Part shown: positions 22,930-25,029 of the stretch, piece by piece
Position numbering within the stretch: position 1 is the stretch's first letter
Layout: the number at the start of each line of letters is the position of its first letter
Assembly (NCBI GenBank): GCA_963624325.1
Contig: CAVFPH010000024.1
Coordinates: forward strand, 1 to 25,029
DNA length: 25,029 nt
Reading direction: 5' to 3'
DNA from: a bacterium
Lineage (GTDB): Bacteria > Bacillota > Clostridia > Christensenellales > Aristaeellaceae
The notes under the pieces: generated by a model
What the model was told of the DNA's origin: nothing
The model's database searches: none
The model's input: only the letters and a program-made list of their open reading frames with translations
Made by a program: the position numbers and the translations under genes

Positions 22930-23799
22930 GTGAAAACGCAGGCGAAACGCCCGCACAAGCCGTCAAAATTCGGCATATTTCTGGCATCGCTGAAGCCGAG
23001 CCGCTGGCTGTACCCCGTGTATGCGGCGCGGCAGCTGCGGCTGGAAAAACACGAAATCAGCTCTTCTCACGTTCCAAGATCCTTAAGCGGCCTGAAGCTT
23101 GCCTACGCCTCGGACATTCATTACGGGGCACTGCTGGACAAAGGGCGCGTGGCAGATCTGGCTGATCGCCTTAACGCTTTGGAAGCGGATGTCATCCTGC
23201 TGGGCGGGGACTACGGCGAGGATGCCGCGCACAGCCTTGAATTCTGGCAGATCGTGCCGCCCCTGCATGCACGGCTTGCGGTATGCGGTGTTGTGGGCAA
23301 TCATGACCGCGCAGACGGCGATATTGACGCGCTCTGCGCCGCCATGCAGGCAAAGGGTGTTACGCCGCTGGTGAATAATGCCCTGATGCTGCGCGGAGAG
23401 GAGGGCACAATTGCCGTTTGCGCCACCGATGACTGCTATTGGGGAAACCCGGATTACCCGGGAACGGCCGCCCAGGTATGCGATGCGGATTTTGTCATCT
23501 ATGCCCCCCATGCGCCCGACGCGCTGGAGGATGCCTACAATGTACAAAAGGATCCGTTTTTCGATTTGGCGCTGTGCGGGCATTCTCACGGCGGACAGGT
23601 CGCCTTGCTCGGGTTTGCCCCCTATACGGCCAGTCGGCGCGGGCTGATCTACGGCAATCACTATCGTTCCGGTATGATTGACGAGTATGGCGTAAATGTA
23701 TTGGTATCAAACGGCGTCGGCACCACTTGGCTGCCGATTCGCTTTGGGGCACGGGCGCAGTATCACCTGATCACGCTGAACCGTGCACGTCCCCGGTAA
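22930..23799 (+). CDS. Metallophosphoesterase (calcineurin-like, YkuE/YaeI-type)
   Basis: Motifs ASDIHYG, LLGGDYGED, VVGNHD and CGHSHGGQV. An AAGGAG RBS at 22916-22921 supports GTG 22930. The longer ORF-track form starting at 22726 would run through the araB terminator. Confidence 0.8.
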   Translation: MKTQAKRPHKPSKFGIFLASLKPSRWLYPVYAARQLRLEKHEISSSHVPRSLSGLKLAYASDIHYGALLDKGRVADLADRLNALEADVILLGGDYGEDAAHSLEFWQIVPPLHARLAVCGVVGNHDRADGDIDALCAAMQAKGVTPLVNNALMLRGEEGTIAVCATDDCYWGNPDYPGTAAQVCDADFVIYAPHAPDALEDAYNVQKDPFFDLALCGHSHGGQVALLGFAPYTASRRGLIYGNHYRSGMIDEYGVNVLVSNGVGTTWLPIRFGARAQYHLITLNRARPR

Positions 23800-23829
23800 A
23801 TGAAGTTTAGCAAAGGAGCGTATAACGCA

Positions 23830-24738
23830 ATGTGGTTCTGGTATTCTCTGATCGCTCTGCTGTGCTGGAGCGGTTCTGATTTGTTCTCCAAGATCGGCTG
23901 CCGCGAAAGCGACGACAAAACCGCGCACCTGAAAATGGTCATGGCGGTTGGCGTCGTGATGGGTCTGCATGCCTGCTACGAGATTTTCGCAAACGGCGTG
24001 GCCATCAACCTGCAGATCATCCTGACCTATCTGCCCGTATCCCTGCTCTACATTGTTTCCATGGCACTCGGATACATCGGCCTGCGCTATATTGAATTGT
24101 CCATTTCTTCCCCCATCTGCAACTCCTCCGGTGCGCTGGTGGCCATTTTGACCATTATCACAGCGGGCCTTGGGGATATGGGCGGGCTGCAGCTGGTTGC
24201 CGTTGCGCTGGTTGCCGCGGGCGTCATCCTGCTGGGCATTGTAGAGGCCACGGAAGATGAGGAACTGCGGGCCGCGCGGCAGCAGGCAGGCAACCGCAAA
24301 TATGCCAAATCCCTTCTAGCGCTGCTGCTGCCCATTGCCTACTGCGTTCTGGATGCCGCCGGTACTTTTGCCGACAGCCTGGTACTGGAAACCATCAATG
24401 AGGATTCCGCCAATGTTGCCTACGAGCTGACCTTCCTGGTGGCCGGCCTGCTTGCCGGCGCCTATGTCATCTTTGTCAAGCACGAAAAGCTGACGCCCCG
24501 CAGCGAAGGCACCAAATATCTGGGAGCCGTGTGCGAAACAATCGGCCAGTTCTTTTACATTTATGCCCTTGCGGACAGCGAGCATGTGGTCATGAGCGCC
24601 CCAATCATTTCCGCCTACTGCGCGGCATCGGTGCTGTGGAGCCGCCTGTTCCTAAAGGAAAAACTCAGCTGGAAGCACTATGCGGCCATCGCGCTGACGG
24701 TTGCCGGCATCGTCATCATCGGATTGCTGGATCCGTAA
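23830..24738 (+). CDS. EamA/DMT-superfamily transporter
   Basis: About 10 TM segments arranged as two EamA-like halves (WFWYSLIALLCWSGSDLFSKIG... and ...LLLPIAYCVLDAAGTF...). GGAG at 23815-23818 supports ATG 23830. The ORF is open from ATG 23800. Confidence 0.8.
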   Translation: MWFWYSLIALLCWSGSDLFSKIGCRESDDKTAHLKMVMAVGVVMGLHACYEIFANGVAINLQIILTYLPVSLLYIVSMALGYIGLRYIELSISSPICNSSGALVAILTIITAGLGDMGGLQLVAVALVAAGVILLGIVEATEDEELRAARQQAGNRKYAKSLLALLLPIAYCVLDAAGTFADSLVLETINEDSANVAYELTFLVAGLLAGAYVIFVKHEKLTPRSEGTKYLGAVCETIGQFFYIYALADSEHVVMSAPIISAYCAASVLWSRLFLKEKLSWKHYAAIALTVAGIVIIGLLDP

Positions 24739-24768
24739 TTCTTTGAACCCTACCCCGTCAAGGGGCCA

Positions 24769-25029
24769 ATGAATATAGAATTTTCGCAGTCAGCGCTTCG
24801 GCGTGATATGTACCCCCAATACCGGGTGTCCAGTATTGGGGGTACATATCATATTATGCAGCGTATCTTTTATTGGAATACGGTTACCGGCCTCATCATA
24901 ATAGAAATCGGCGTAGTAATTTACTCGATAGGATCCACCACGATACAAAACTGTAATGGACTCGCCGTTATTGGTTATATTGGCTGCGAAATTCGGACCG
25001 GAAAGAAGGCTGCAGCTTTCCGCATTTGA
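24769..25029 (+). CDS. Hypothetical small protein (86 aa), uncertain
   Basis: Complete ATG-to-TGA ORF in the AT-richer terminal segment with one hydrophobic stretch (VTGLIIIEIGVVIYSIG). The RBS is weak and no family was recognised. It is mutually exclusive with the antisense partial ORF at 24790-25029. Confidence 0.35.
   Translation: MNIEFSQSALRRDMYPQYRVSSIGGTYHIMQRIFYWNTVTGLIIIEIGVVIYSIGSTTIQNCNGLAVIGYIGCEIRTGKKAAAFRI
24790..25029 (-). CDS. Alternative: 3' end of a minus-strand gene running off the window (79 codons plus stop)
   Basis: My hand translation of the minus strand is open from the window edge to TGA (complement of 24790-24792): ...NITNNGESITVLYRGGSYRVNYYADFYYDEAGNRIPIKDTLHNMICTPNTGHPVLGVHITPKR*. 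The composition looks protein-like and the gene would converge on the EamA gene. It is not in the ORF track because there is no start codon in the window. Confidence 0.3.
   Translation of the reverse strand, partial: SNAESCSLLSGPNFAANITNNGESITVLYRGGSYRVNYYADFYYDEAGNRIPIKDTLHNMICTPNTGHPVLGVHITPKR
24804..24851. repeat. Perfect 19-bp inverted repeat with a 10-nt loop
   Basis: TGATATGTACCCCCAATAC-CGGGTGTCCA-GTATTGGGGGTACATATCA, read directly. It lies 66 nt downstream of the EamA stop, at the point where GC content drops. Confidence 0.9.

Noticed and set aside
1-25029. Mobile elements, CRISPR arrays, tRNA/rRNA genes, toxin-antitoxin or known defence systems
   Set aside because: I looked for spaced direct repeats, transposase, integrase or recombinase motifs, cloverleaf-like segments and small paired ORFs. 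None were found. The only compositional anomaly is the last 290 bp or so, reported separately.

Overview
GC-rich (high-50s % by eye) chromosomal segment that looks Clostridia/Oscillospiraceae-like; that taxonomic guess is low confidence. It is almost entirely coding, and all but one of the confidently called genes are on the + strand. No rRNA, tRNA, CRISPR array, transposase, integrase or recognisable defence gene was seen.

Gene order:
- TetR regulator, convergent with aspartate ammonia-lyase (aspA), which is divergent from a LysR regulator.
- A stand-alone CUT1-type sugar ABC importer (binding protein plus two permeases, no ATPase).
- A tightly packed seven-gene, mixed-function operon: dCMP deaminase, LCP-family protein, FolT-like ECF S component, endonuclease III, metal ABC ATPase and permease, and a cytoplasmic GH13 amylase-family enzyme.
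- A LacI-associated catabolic locus: TIM-barrel sugar isomerase/epimerase, LacI repressor, two tandem paralogous FAD-dependent oxidoreductases, a second CUT1 importer, and an AraB-type ribulokinase.
- A metallophosphoesterase and an EamA/DMT transporter.
- A short AT-richer segment at the window edge containing a perfect 19-bp palindrome.

Several canonical TTGACA-17-TAnnnT promoters, rho-independent terminators and intercistronic hairpins can be read directly.

The best candidate for an undescribed system is the LacI locus (about 12.9-22.8 kb). It joins a bona fide AraB-like kinase to two flavoenzymes and a TIM-barrel enzyme, with no AraA, AraD or glycoside hydrolase. A recurring 16-bp palindromic operator-like motif, TTTnnAnCGGTnnAAA, sits in its three regulatory regions. 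All functional calls rest on my reading of motifs in the translated ORFs. No database search was run.
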